NCBI GenBank assembly: GCA_905331295.1
Contig: CAJNYD010000510.1
Span: 22,984-86,983, forward strand
Direction: 5' to 3'
DNA: 64,000 bases
Origin: Rotaria socialis
Lineage: Eukaryota
Part shown: one piece after another, positions 25,035 to 38,300 of the stretch
Layout: each line of letters begins with the position of its first letter
Position numbering within the stretch: the stretch's first letter is position 1
Position numbers and translations under genes: made by a program
Notes under the pieces: generated by a model
Database searches by the model: none
What the model saw: the letters and a program-made list of their open reading frames with translations, nothing else
Told to the model about the DNA's origin: nothing

Positions 25035-26525
25035 ATGAAGTTTAGTTGCTATTGTATAGTTACTTTTTGTCTTTTGATTACTAATGTGATTAGTGAAGAA
25101 TGTGGCTGTAATCAAATACCATCTGTAGAGATTATTAACGATGAAACGTTAGCTTTGGGTATTAAAGAAGTTCGTGACGATTTTCTTGCAAAACAAGTCT
25201 CAAGTAAATTCACTCGACTATCTGCAACAATACTTATCAGAGAAGAGAATACACAAACATGGAAAAGGGGCAGTGTAAATGGTACCTTAATAGAGTATCC
25301 AGCATCAACAGTCAAATTAATGTATATGTATGCAGCAATAGATTGGTGTAAAAAACAAGGTCAATCAATTGATTGTCTCGATAGATATGTTCGACCTATG
25401 GTCGTAGTTTCATCAAATTTAGATACAGGCTATGTTGTTGATGCCATAACAAATACGACAAATATTGAGGATTTAACTTCAACGAATGATACTCGTTGGT
25501 CTAATTGGCTCTCTGAACGTTTATCAATTGAACGTTTATTAAAAGAACTTAATGTCTATGAAAATCAAATAATTCGCAGTAAAACATATCCGACAAATTC
25601 AGGTCAATCACCAATCGGTAGCGAATCTGTGCTACTTCGAACTCCTTATTCCCGTAATCTTTTACAATCATGTTGTACAGCATCTTTTATGCTCTATCTA
25701 ATGCAAGCACGTCCTCAAAATGAACTACAATATATGAAACCTATGCTTTATCGTACATTAGAAAGTGATCATACAACGTTTGGTAACGGCTTACCAGCTG
25801 GTACCATAATTTATTCAAAATCTGGAAATGCCTATGATACAATTGAAGAAATAGCTTATATGATATTACCGAATGGAAAAGAAATCATTCTTTCTGCGTT
25901 TAGCAATGGCTATCAAAGAGGTGCAAGTGATTATTATATTCTTGGTCGTTTTGCTGAAATGGTTCTTGCTAAATTTTCACTGAATTCTCCATCAACCATA
26001 ATATTTACGACGGATAATCCAGATATTTATACTTGTTCAAATTATTCAATCAAATATACATCATCACTTCCAAAAGATAACATCGGACAATCGTTAATCG
26101 AATTCAATGGTTCGTGTATTATTCATCCGACTTTATCTGAACGTGGCGTTTATACGGTATCAGTATGGAATCCGTCATTTTTTGATTCATCAATGAGTGT
26201 GAACGCTCGATTGAATGTTGCTGTAACAGATGCATATAATGTTACAGATGGAGACGATGGATACATCTATGATCAACAAAATAGTTTCTCACGTTGGATA
26301 TCCGTCGGAGATTTTCTACTGAATCCGGGACGTCAAAATGTTTATTTGAAATCATTAAATCAAAAATCAGTTTTTAACGCTATTCGATTTTCCAAACGTC
26401 CACCATTGACCATTGACGCAAATACTCGTTCCACGTCTTCTATACTGATTTCATATAAGAATTTTATTTACTTCAGCTTTCTATGTCTTCAAATTCGATC
26501 TTTATACTTTATTGATTATCACTGA
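25035..26525 (+). CDS. Secreted serine beta-lactamase/PBP-fold protein (class A-like) with a C-terminal golvesin/CBM-like domain; intronless HGT candidate
   Basis: Signal peptide; YPASTVK (SxxK), SSN (SxN) and KSG (KTG) in the expected order. The C-terminal domain reads GVYTVSVW..DQQ..RWISVGDF..FNAIRF and is followed by a hydrophobic tail. Confidence 0.85.
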   Translation: MKFSCYCIVTFCLLITNVISEECGCNQIPSVEIINDETLALGIKEVRDDFLAKQVSSKFTRLSATILIREENTQTWKRGSVNGTLIEYPASTVKLMYMYAAIDWCKKQGQSIDCLDRYVRPMVVVSSNLDTGYVVDAITNTTNIEDLTSTNDTRWSNWLSERLSIERLLKELNVYENQIIRSKTYPTNSGQSPIGSESVLLRTPYSRNLLQSCCTASFMLYLMQARPQNELQYMKPMLYRTLESDHTTFGNGLPAGTIIYSKSGNAYDTIEEIAYMILPNGKEIILSAFSNGYQRGASDYYILGRFAEMVLAKFSLNSPSTIIFTTDNPDIYTCSNYSIKYTSSLPKDNIGQSLIEFNGSCIIHPTLSERGVYTVSVWNPSFFDSSMSVNARLNVAVTDAYNVTDGDDGYIYDQQNSFSRWISVGDFLLNPGRQNVYLKSLNQKSVFNAIRFSKRPPLTIDANTRSTSSILISYKNFIYFSFLCLQIRSLYFIDYH

Positions 26526-27404
26526 TTTTTTTCTATCCAAAAGAAATAAAATCTAATCCAACAACATTCAGAGTATTAAGGAGATTTCACATGACCTTGC
26601 CCTGAAAGAATCAAATGTAACTGAGTTCATAAGTCAATAGGCACTGTGTCAACACTAATTACTATAAAAATAGCAAAAAAAATCATTGTTTCCTGTATAT
26701 ATGATAGATTTTCTGTTGAACATGATTTATCTATTCAACAGATAACGAAGCCTACTTATGCAATTGAAGTCATGACTTTTCCTGCGCACCGCAAAATAAA
26801 TAGTTCGTACGAGTTATCGATTGGTATTTATTTTTCATTTTGACTAACAAATATGCATAATAATAATTGCGTATATTGACACTATTCAACCTAGATAATC
26901 ATATAGAGCATCGAAGAAAAGTACATTTGATATTTATATACAAGAAAAATGCATGGTTAACCTTTTATTTGATTTATTTGAGTTTGATATGATCATTAAT
27001 TCTACCACAACGGCCTTACTGCGTCTAGCCTACGAATTTCATTAGATCAACATATTTCACACAGTCACAATGCATTTAAACTGTTCATCATTTATTTTAT
27101 TCATTAAATATAAATCGAATTAAATCTTACAACACTCATGTTCTATTTTTACAATTACAAACAATATGGAAATGAAACTATTTTCGTTTTTGATAAGCCC
27201 AATAGAAACAAAGAATTATTCAATCATTGAATTTTTTATCGTCATCGTGGGATCTTTCCATAAATATAAATGCGACACATTTTTATAAAAAGAAATTTGT
27301 TTTTGGTAGTTGTTCTCAGCGATCACAGTTTATTTTATAAGCACCAAGACTATACATAATAATTATACATTTATCTGTTGTTTGAGTATGGTAATGTGGG
27401 TGTG

Positions 27405-29753
27405 TCATTCTTTGTTCATTAGAGTTTTCTTTAAAAATATATCAAATTCGTCGGGTGCATCAGCATAGACCTTAAAAATACAGACAACAAGAATAAAATA
27501 GTAGAGAAATGTTTTTTTCTTTGTAATTTACATGATGACCCGCATCTTTCATCGTATCTATAAATACATTATCACGTTTTCCTTGAGCTATCCAAGATGA
27601 ATCAATTTCAATCCATGATTGTTCACCGTGAAGAAAATGTATTGGAATTCGTTCATCAATTAAATGTATTCTATCAATCATAGGATCTGAAAATATTGAA
27701 AAATAATATTTATCTAAAAGTAAAACAATTGCACGAAAATATTCACTTTTTGACCAAGCAAGAAGATCACTTATTGTTCGAAAACCCTCTTCACCAGTCG
27801 GCACTTGAGCATTGCAATGATATAAATATTCTAATACTCTATCATCATCAAATAACTTTTGAAATTTAACACGTAAATCCTGTCGAAGATATTTCATTAT
27901 GTGAACACCTAATCAAATACAAAATGTAATTATCAACAAAAAAGAAAGCGAGAAATTCATTCGCTTCTTTTTTTGCCTCTTACCAAACGGTCCGGCAACG
28001 CGAAGTCCAGCAAGTGGAGAAAATTTCATCATGACTGATGAAAAAGATCGTAACCATGGTGGTATACGTTGCATGGGTGATGTTTGCCAATTGTCTGGCT
28101 TATGACCGAAACCCCATGGATCAACTAAAACAATTTGCACGATATATTTCGGATAGCGAATAGCATAGGCAGCAGTTAGAAAGCCACCAAAACTATGGCC
28201 AAGTATTATAAATGGTCCATTTAATCCCATATTTATTCTCCATTCTTCGATCATCTCAACAAATTGGCTTTCGGCTTCAATTGGATCACGACTAAATACT
28301 GGTCGACTACTGTGTGCAAAACCGGGTAGATCAAAAGCGTAAACCGGTCGATCAAGACATAATTGATCGAGATTTAAACTCCATAAACCGACGCCACCAC
28401 CAAATCCATGAATAAGTACAACAGGAATATTGGTCGATGTTAAATTTGCACAAATCGACCAAATTTTTTGTGTATTATTTAAAACAGGAATATAACGACC
28501 TTGAAATTGTGATTTTAATGTTTCAAATATTTTCATTTCAGCACGTGCTAATTGTTCGGGACCACTATTTTTCCATGAAAGTCGTTTTAATGTTTCAATT
28601 GTACGAAAACGGCTAAAATGATAGGCTCAATGAATTGCTTTTGAATGTAAGGAAAAAAGCTGTTATATTAAATTTTCAACGATTTATCATTTTTTAGTAT
28701 CATGTTTCGAATGTAATTAGAAGTTAAAGCAGAGCTTATCGGTCTAGTATTATAATCATGAAGCTAAATTTTGTTTTATTTTAATTGTAAAAATTCACTT
28801 TGTCATAAATGATCCTGTAAAAGTTTTTCATTAGATTGACATATTATAGTAAACGGAACTTTTCCGATTGGGTAAATCCCCGAGGTTATTTAGGGTGTTC
28901 TTGAACAAATCGTCACGAAACAATAGTAACACAGGATGTAACCGAGTGCACGGATATTACCCTTCATGCACATGCGCATGCACATGCACAATCTAATCAG
29001 CAAAAATTTAGAAGTACAAATAGTCTTTCTTGAAACATAGCACAACTAGACATTATTTGGAGTCGATTCAAAAAGAAAATTCCTTTAAATTTATCTTGTA
29101 AGAATATCTAATGAGCAAGAAATACATCAAGGTAAGAAAAACTTACGATTATTCTAATACATGCAGGTTTTCATTCAAGAATTAAATTAAGTTGTCAGAA
29201 AGATTACTATTAATACTTATTGAAGTCAATCATCAGTTTTGTTACATTCGCACAAGTCATTCCATGAATATGTGACTTTCTGTGATCGCTACAGTGCAAT
29301 AATTCTTAATTTGATATTTATTCGTGTATAGAAATCATTATTTATCTTTCGATGTCTTCTCATGCAGTATTAATTTGACACGAACAATCTTCATCAGGTC
29401 GCATGTGTTTATAAAAAGATATATCTACCAAAGCTCTTTTCTCTTGAGAAACGTACCTAAGAATAGTTATGTGATGCAAACGAGAATGAAATTCTAAAAT
29501 GTTTGATAAGAAATAATTCGGTCTAATTACTAAATACCCAAAATACAACAATGTCGATTTCTTTCGTTAGATATACGAACCTAGTCGACGAAATTTTTTT
29601 CTTAGTAGATTCTGTTGGTAATTGTTCTATAGGAGAGTTTTGATTATTTAAATTTTCATGAATAAGTGCCATTGAAATCATTTCATCGATTGCATTCGAA
29701 GGTGATGTCAATTGTTCATCCGGAGACAATAAAAGTTCATTCGTCGTCGCCAT
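27405..29753 (-). CDS. ABHD4: ABHD4/ABHD5-family alpha/beta hydrolase; catalytic motifs intact
   Basis: VLIHGFGGG, DLPGF..SSRP, GHSFGG nucleophile motif, LVDPWGF and HHVYAD (HX4D), spread over several exons. Confidence 0.88.
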
Positions 29754-30045
29754 CCTTTTCTCGTTATTATCTAAAATATCACTTGTTTTATTTTTTTATT
29801 CACTCTAAGAAGACAAGAAGAAAAAAACATATCACTTGTTTTCAAAAATATTAAAATCCAAATAAAACAAAAAATCACAAAATCTAAATACATCGAAGTA
29901 TATTATAGACGATATTGCAACTGCAATGTAGATGAAACAATAATTACGAATTGAAAGACTATAACACTTGATTTGTAGGAACCAATGATACTTTTTTTAA
30001 CATACATCTGACTAAAATGTTCATTTGGAATCTATTGCATATTTC

Positions 30046-32383
30046 TTACTGTGAAAGTATTGCTGTAGTTATAGTGCTATCAGCCGATGCTAATGTAGGA
30101 ACATTTTGCGGTAAATCACTTAATAGGTCACTCATTACTTCATGAAATTGAATTGGCCTTTCCATAAAAAAGAAATGTGCAGCACTATGAATAGTCTACA
30201 ATAGACAGAAGTATCGCATTGACTTCGATTGACTTTTGTTTTTGCTTACTTTAATAGAAGTATTAGTTGAACCACGTTGAAGAAGAATTTGGTGTGCAGC
30301 TGTATTATCAATATTCGTACGTGAACCATAAATAAATACAAGCGGAATGTCATCTGATATACTTTCTATGCGTGTATGATCCGATTGAACTATAGGATCT
30401 TTTGCCCAACCATACCATGATGCAATTGCTTGAAAACCTAAATCGCCACTATTTTCGTTTTCAAAAACAAAAACAAAAAAACAGAATATTTTATTATGAT
30501 TTGTTAGGTTATAATAGGGTACCTTGCTGGTTGAGTATTAACATAATATAAATATTTATAAAGTGCGTTCGACTTTTTAGCTGACTGCTCGGCTGGTGAC
30601 AAACGTTTCCAACGTGGTGCAAATATTTTTAACAATGGCAAACCTAAATAATCAATAAGAAAGTTTTGTTCGAGCATTAACTTTCATTTTTATTCATAAT
30701 GAACTTCCTATTCTTGTTAGTTAATTAAATCAAATATTTGTAAGTCAAACGAAAACTTTTTTCTATTAAGCTATGAAGATAAAATTAAAAATTTTAAGCA
30801 GCTCTTAAATCTATGTTTACAAAATGCTCACAATTCAAAAGCTCGATAAAATATTTTCCACCTGTAATGACTCGATTTGGTTACATTGGAATGGTATGTT
30901 TTAATCAACAGAATCGAGAGAAAAAAATCTATCAACATTATAAATTCCAAGAAACTCTAATAAATGAGACAACATCTTAAACTTTCAATATATACGCCCA
31001 TACACGCTACCCGTAATCGGATGAAAATTAGATTTACCAGCTGAATAACGAAAGCTTTACTTTGATTCGATGTGTCTCGTCTTATTAGCATTCATCTTCA
31101 TTTTAAGGTTAAACAAGAATATCGAGAATTCTTTATAATTGGAAGCCTTGTTGTTTCTATGCACGATTAACTAAGCAAGGAGCTCAATGCGTTGTATGCA
31201 GCTTGTAATACTATTCTTTACTTATAAATAGAATCTGTCTAGCCTGTCTTCTAATGCATTCCATTTAGAAAGAAGCACTCATGAAAGCGAAGGCTTTAAA
31301 AGAACTAATCTATGACAAACGCAGTAGAGATTCCCAGAAACATCAGTAATGCAGAGTTGACAGAACTCTTAGTAATATTTTTACTAAATAAAATAATATA
31401 TTCACCTAAAGGTCCAAGATAACGGAATGCAGAAAATGATGTTAATTTTTGCATAAGACGCGCAAGCATGTTTATCCAAAATGGTATACTTAAATGTAAT
31501 TGATTTTCATCAGGTTTTTGATTGAATCCCCATGGATCAAGAAGAATTAACTTTTTAATAAATTCGCCATATTTCAGCGCATATACAGTAGCTAAATAAG
31601 CACCAAAACCATGTCCAACTAAATAGAATTTTGTTTGTAAACCAACAGCTATACGCCAATCTTCAATTGTTTCGACAAATTTTGTTTCAGCATTTATTGA
31701 ATTTGTCTGATCGAAATTTGGTCGCGATGACCTACCAAAACCAAGTATATCAAACATGTATAAAGGATGACGTGCACTTAAAAAATCTATATTTAGTATC
31801 CATATACCACTAGCACAACCAAAATCATGCATAAGTACAATGGGAATAGTGGTTTTTGATGGATTTAAACTTTTAACTGTCCAAATTAGATTACCGCCAC
31901 TAAGAAAAATATTTAACAGAAAGAAAATATTTTACGTCTGACAACTTACCGGATATGTATGTATTCGCCATAATATTGTCTCTTTAAGTCTAAAAATGTC
32001 TATCCGTAAACAAAAGAGAACAATATTAATGATTAAAATACTTTGATATAGTTGTTCTTCTGCTTTAGCAAGTAAGTATGGCGAAATGGAGAGAAAATTT
32101 TTTATAACATTTAATATGCTCCATGAATTTGAATCAGTTCTAAACATGTCAAAAGAAAAAAACGACAAATATTTGTCGTTTAAGTGTAATATTTGACAAC
32201 AAATAAAGCTCGAAGCACTCCTCACGTTGATGTTGATGTTATTGGTGGTATTGGTTCATTTTGATTTTTAGAGAGACTGATATTTGGTCGTTGATCAACA
32301 ACAAATTGTACCCGATCATAATTATACTCATCATTATTATAGGATTCATCCTCTTCAGTAATACTCGATGTGTTGCCTATCAT
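30046..32383 (-). CDS. Second ABHD4/5-family paralog with degenerate catalytic motifs
   Basis: LMHDFGCASG, DILGFGRSSRP, GHGFGA, LLDPWGF, GWAKDP and C-terminal AAHFFFMERP. Multi-exon; termini approximate. Confidence 0.82.
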
Positions 32384-32829
32384 TGTTTTACAGTAGCAAG
32401 TTCTGTATAAATATATAGCAATCTAAAATTATATATTTACGTACGTCGGAATTCAATGCAAATGTTGGATCAAATAATATTTGATTTGTACTCACAGTAC
32501 TAGTGAATAATAGATCATATGATTCTTATTTTCGATGCTCCATCAAAAGACGAAACGCACACACGATTAAGTACGTACTCTCATTTTATTTGAGTTCTTG
32601 TTTTCCTAGTGAATCACGATCTCGGCGCGGCAACTTATTATGAAGCTTTTATCTTTTTCATGCATTTCTATTGGTTAAAATATAAACCACTACAATCAAT
32701 GTTATTAATCACACCAACTCATAGCGCTAATGATCTCTCATTGTTTACTTCTTTTTTTTGCTTGTTTTGTTTCATTATTGAACATCGTCTATCCAGTTAT
32801 TTGTTTTTTTAGCAATCGAATAAAGAAAC

Positions 32830-35182
32830 ATGTCAACGAAAACAGCTAGTGTATCATTAAAACAAGATTTTAGTCATTTAAAAACTGGCCGAATCAATTT
32901 AACTATTTTACGTGATTCAATTCTTCAACAAATCAAACGTTGTACAAATCAATTTTTTACGGAAAAAAGTAATCTACCAAAACAATTCACTAAAGAAAAA
33001 TGTGTGGTTATCGATGATGATCTTAAAAATCTTCTTGGCCATATTCAAGCATTAAATGAACTTGGCGCAAGTGATATTCGAATATTTAAAGAACGTCAAC
33101 ATGATACATCAGATTATAAGATAACACTATTTATTGTTCGACCAAAGCCTATCTATATGGAAATCATTGCCAATATGATTAAAGATGAAATGAATAAATT
33201 AAAACAATTAAAAACAAAAGAAATAGTTTCAAAACAATACGGTATTATATTTGTTCCACGGCAATCACGTGTTTGTGAAGAAAAATTAAAAGAAAGAGGT
33301 GTACTGGGTGATATTATCATTGATGAACTTAATTTAGATTTTTTGCCTATGGATACAGATTTATTATCCATGGAATCGTATGATTGTTTTCGAGATTTAT
33401 ATTTAAATAAAGATACTACACCAATATTTAATCTAGCACATGGTCTTATTACATTACAACAATTGTACGGCATCATTCCAAATGTATTTGTTAAAGGTGA
33501 TAAAGCAAAACAATGCTATGATAGTATGATGAGAATGCAACGTGAAGTTCCTGATAATGAAAAAAAAGTACCAACACAAATTGAAAATCTTATTTTAATT
33601 GATCGATCTACTGATTTAATCACACCTATGATGATACCGGGAACGTACGAAGCTTTACTTGATGAAGTTTTCGGTAAGATTATAGGAGAAATGGTGAACA
33701 TTTTTTTTTCTTTTGCTGTGTAAAACTTCTGCTGCAATACCTAACAACTAATGAAGAGTGCTAGAGTAATACTTTTAATATATGTGTTGTAGTCAACCAT
33801 TCATATTCGATTGGGATTGTATGAATTTATTTTAACTCATTATTTTCGAACCGCTATATTTTTCACAATTAATTTCGGCGTCTTTCAAATAAACCGATAG
33901 ATTCCATGTTCAAATCAGAAGCAAAAATTCCTCAAGAAAATTTCCCCACAAATCAACATATAGAATAGTATTTTGAAATTATGTTGTTTCAGGTATTCAA
34001 TTCAATCGTATTGAAGTTCCAACAGCATCGTTTAGTCCTGATTTTCGTGAAGCTCAAAAACTTGATGTAGCTACACAAGATAAAGTTGCTGTTCGTCTAT
34101 TAACAACCGATAAATTATATTCTGATACACGTTATTTACATATGATAACCGTTGGTAAAACTCTACAAGAAGGTGCTCGTGCTCAACGACAATTACGTAC
34201 TGATTTCGATACTAATTTTTCTGGTTCATCATCAAATATTCAAGGTAGAAAACTAGCTGAACTACGTGAATTTGTAACTCGAATGTCAAATCAAAATGCT
34301 AAAACTCAAACATTATCAACACATCTTGAATTAGCATATTGTATAAAACAAGAATTAACGGCAACCTATGATATGTATTTAGCTAATCAATTAGCAATGT
34401 TATTTTCTCCTATATTACAAGACGCTCTACGTCAAATCGATGAGCGTATAGCTTGGAAGGATGATATATTTTGTATATTACGGTATTTATCTATCATAAC
34501 ACAAACATTAGGTACACAATTGAAACGTAAAGATTACGATTTGATAAAAAGAGATATTATTCAAACATTTGGTTTACAATATCTTGTTTTAATTCATGCA
34601 CTTGAACAAGTTGGAATACTATCAGTACCGGATACGATTAAAACTGCATCATCGCTTAAAACCACTGAAACATATTTTGATCGTTTAAAACGTGAATTTA
34701 ATCTTTTACAAGATGATCAAACCGTGAGTGTTACTGATCCACAAGATATTCACTATATTTATTATCAATATGCTCCATTAATTATACGTTTAATTGAAAA
34801 AATTGTTTTTCAAGCAACAAATAATATTCAAGATACAATGAATATTTTACCTGGTGTATCACTTATTGATACACAACAAGTACCAATGGAATTAAAACGT
34901 CATCGACAGGGTTCAACAGCATCACTTAGTTCATTGAATAAAACAACTAAACCACAAGGCCAACAGCAACAGCAGCAGCAACAACAACAACAACAACAAC
35001 AACAAAGTAGTGAATCAAAAGTGACCTTAGTTGTTTTTATTGGCGGTATAACATATGGAGAAATTGCAGCATTAAGGTTTTTAGCTGATCAAAATCATGA
35101 TTTTGTTATTGCAACAACGCATTTTATTAATGGAACAAATCTGATGAAATCTTTAGTTGATGTATCACTTTTACCTTTGTGA
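32830..35182 (+). CDS. VPS33: Vacuolar protein sorting 33 (Sec1/Munc18 family)
   Basis: FVPR, DLLSME, LQQLYGIIP, LILIDRSTDLITP..TYEALLDEVFG, YAPLIIRLIE and LVVFIGGITYGEIAALRFL. Intron ~33674-33992. Confidence 0.93.
34961..35005 (+). repeat. (CAA/CAG)15 polyglutamine tract in VPS33
   Basis: 15 consecutive Gln codons. Confidence 0.95.
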
Positions 35183-35317
35183 TAAAAACAAAACAATATT
35201 TGATTGTCTTTCAAATCAATTTTTCCTTTCTTTTGTGTTATTAGCAATTCGAATGATTTAAAACATCTATTTTATTTATTTTTCTTTTTTGCAAAATTCA
35301 TTTTAGATACTAACAGA

Positions 35318-38300
35318 ATGGCTCATCAAATAAATCCTCATCAACAAAAATTAGCAGAAAAATTAACAGTTCTCAATGATCGAGGCATTGGAATGTTAAC
35401 AAGAATATTTAATATTAAAAAAGTAAATTATTTATTTTACCGTTTTCTTTGATTCGAGTATAGGATAGCAGCAGTTGCTCGTAGAGACTTGATTGTTCTA
35501 CTATTAGAAAGAGTAAAATATACAAAAGTATTCTTTTGAAAACGTACTTATTTTAGGCAATTTATCCATTGAAGGAGCAGTAATATGAAACAGGCTAGAA
35601 ATCGTATAAACCGTAATATGCTTATCGGTATATTGAAGTTCAATTAACTAGTTACGTTTTTCTTTTGTGAGAATAGAGTTCAGTGATGAGAAATTGTTAC
35701 ACGCATGAAGACCTCTAGAATTCAAAAAAGAAAACCTCCAAAAACTTTAATGAAGGGGGTCTTTGTGTTCGTTGCTAATCGAATTTAGTAGCGATACATT
35801 AGAGCAGTGTAAAGACATCAAAAACGCTTTCCAAAAAAAAGGAAGTTAATCAGCCCTGTAATTCGAGATGCTTCAATGATATGCACAAGAAATTTTTTCA
35901 TTTTAGGCATGTGCAGAAACAAAATCAAAACCATCTTTTTTGTTGGATAAAAATCTCGAATCGGTACTTCGCCAAATACAAAAGAAATTCCCAGCTGTTG
36001 ATAAAGTATGTGTAATCTATATTGAAATAAAACAAAAATTCTCATATTCTTGTATTCTACTAGAGTCAATTTCAAGCACTTACATCTATTAAAACAGATA
36101 TAATCAAATCACTTGCAATATATTATTTTACGTTTGTTGATCTTTTAGAATTTCGGGTAAGTTTTCATTTATTTATTTTATCAAATTTTATTCTTATCAA
36201 ATTTGATCGTCTAGGATCATGTTACTGATTTATTAACCACTATTGATGCTTGCCAAGTTCATTTTGATATTGTATGTAGATAATTGCGGTTTCATAAAAG
36301 AAAATGACTTTCTTTCCAATTAATTTAGGCACTTAATTATGATCTGACAAAAGCATATTTAGATTTAATCTCAACCTATATATCACTTATGATCCTTTTA
36401 TCGCGTGTTGATGATCGGAAAATAGTTCTTGGTTTATATAACATAGCTACAGATTTAATACATGGTCATGGCGATGCAAGTTTTCCACGGCTTGGTCAGA
36501 TGATAATTGATTATGAGCAACCCTTACGTAAATTACACGATGAATTTGTTCCTCATGTACGTTCAATAGGTGATGCTATACAATCGTTATCGCCTGTTTA
36601 TGATCGACGTACATGTAAAGTTTCTGATTGGCGCGCAAAAAATTTACTGAGTCTACTTGCTACATCTCAAACAGCTCATCTAATGGATACATCAGAAATT
36701 TTACCATGTGAATATTTATCACAAGAAACTGTTGAACGTTGGATTATCTATACAATGATTGTATGTCCACAGCAGCTTATAATGAATTCGAAATGTATGC
36801 AATTATTTGAGAAAGCTCTATCGAGCAGTTTTGTTCATGTGCTTTATCGCGATGAATTATTATTAACACATCAATATTTACATCAAAATTTAGATATTTA
36901 TAAATCATATAGACAATTGAAGTTAACTGAATTATTAAATGATACATTTAAAAAAGCTATTACAGAACAACCATTATATAGACGTGAACGACGAAAATAT
37001 ATTCGACCACAATTAAAAGAATTGGCGTTGGTCTTTGCTGATCAACCAGCATTACTAGGTAAGAAAGAAAACGTTTTTTTTCCATGGAAATTAATTATAC
37101 GCACAAAAGTAGTCAGAGATCTTGAATCGATAATAAGTGTAAAATTTCGTTAGCATTAGAAATAGAATTTAGTAACAACTGTTACTTGTAAGACCCAAAC
37201 TAGTTCATTTTCGTGATTCTTGAAGATAAACGAAGTTTCTCTTTAGCTATTTATGTCTTAACAACCGAGAGAGATAAGGAGTGTGTGATTAGGTTTTCTA
37301 CTTCCATAACGAACAATTGTACAACTGTGCTGGATTTATCTGTCTCAAAGTGAATCTTGACAAATGTATTAATAGCTTCTTCTTTTTCTTTTTACATATT
37401 AAGGCCTCGGTGAGATAACTATTAGTCTCTACCCATGCCAAACTTACTGTGAAAAAATAATTCAAGGCGAATATCTATTTATTTTTATGAAAATATACTA
37501 ATATTCATATTTTAGGTCCAAAACTATTAACAGCTTTTACAGCACTAAGTTTAGCACGTGATGAAATCGTTTGGTTACTACGACATGGTGAAAATTTTCC
37601 GGTTAAACTTCAAAAAGAAACAAATAAAAAGGCAGCTGGTACTACACGCGACGATTATAGTGATCGAACATTTCCAGAATTTTTATTTTACATCGGTAAG
37701 TTCGTTCTTTTTGTGGTCGTGGTTGTTGTTGTTGTCATCTTTTATTTTAATTGTTGACGTTTATTTCAGAGGAACTTCGTCATTTAATTACAAGCTATTC
37801 ATCTGTAATAAAACAATATTACATTGAATGTTTATCAACATTAGATTCAAATGATTTACAATCAAATATAAAAAATTTGAATATGTCGTGTACGGAAGAT
37901 GAATCAATACTGTTAACATCGTTCTATAATACAATAACAACATTAGCAACATCAACAAGTGCAGATCTACGTGCATTACGTCTTGATTGGTTCCGTATGC
38001 AAGCATATACAAGTGTAACGAAAAAATCTTCATTATCGTCAATTTCACTTTCACATAATGAAAATTTTGCTCAAACAATGAATTCAATTGCTTTTCATTC
38101 AAAATGCGTAGATGATATTGAAACGTTATTGTATGAAACAAGTGATTTATCAATATTTTATTTTTATTTGACGCAATTTGATCACTTATTTTCATCGTGT
38201 ATTTATTATCCATCACAAATACGTTATGCTATTGCTTTTCCATTGATATGTCAACATTTTATAAATGCAACACATGAATTATGCCCAGAAGAACGACAAC

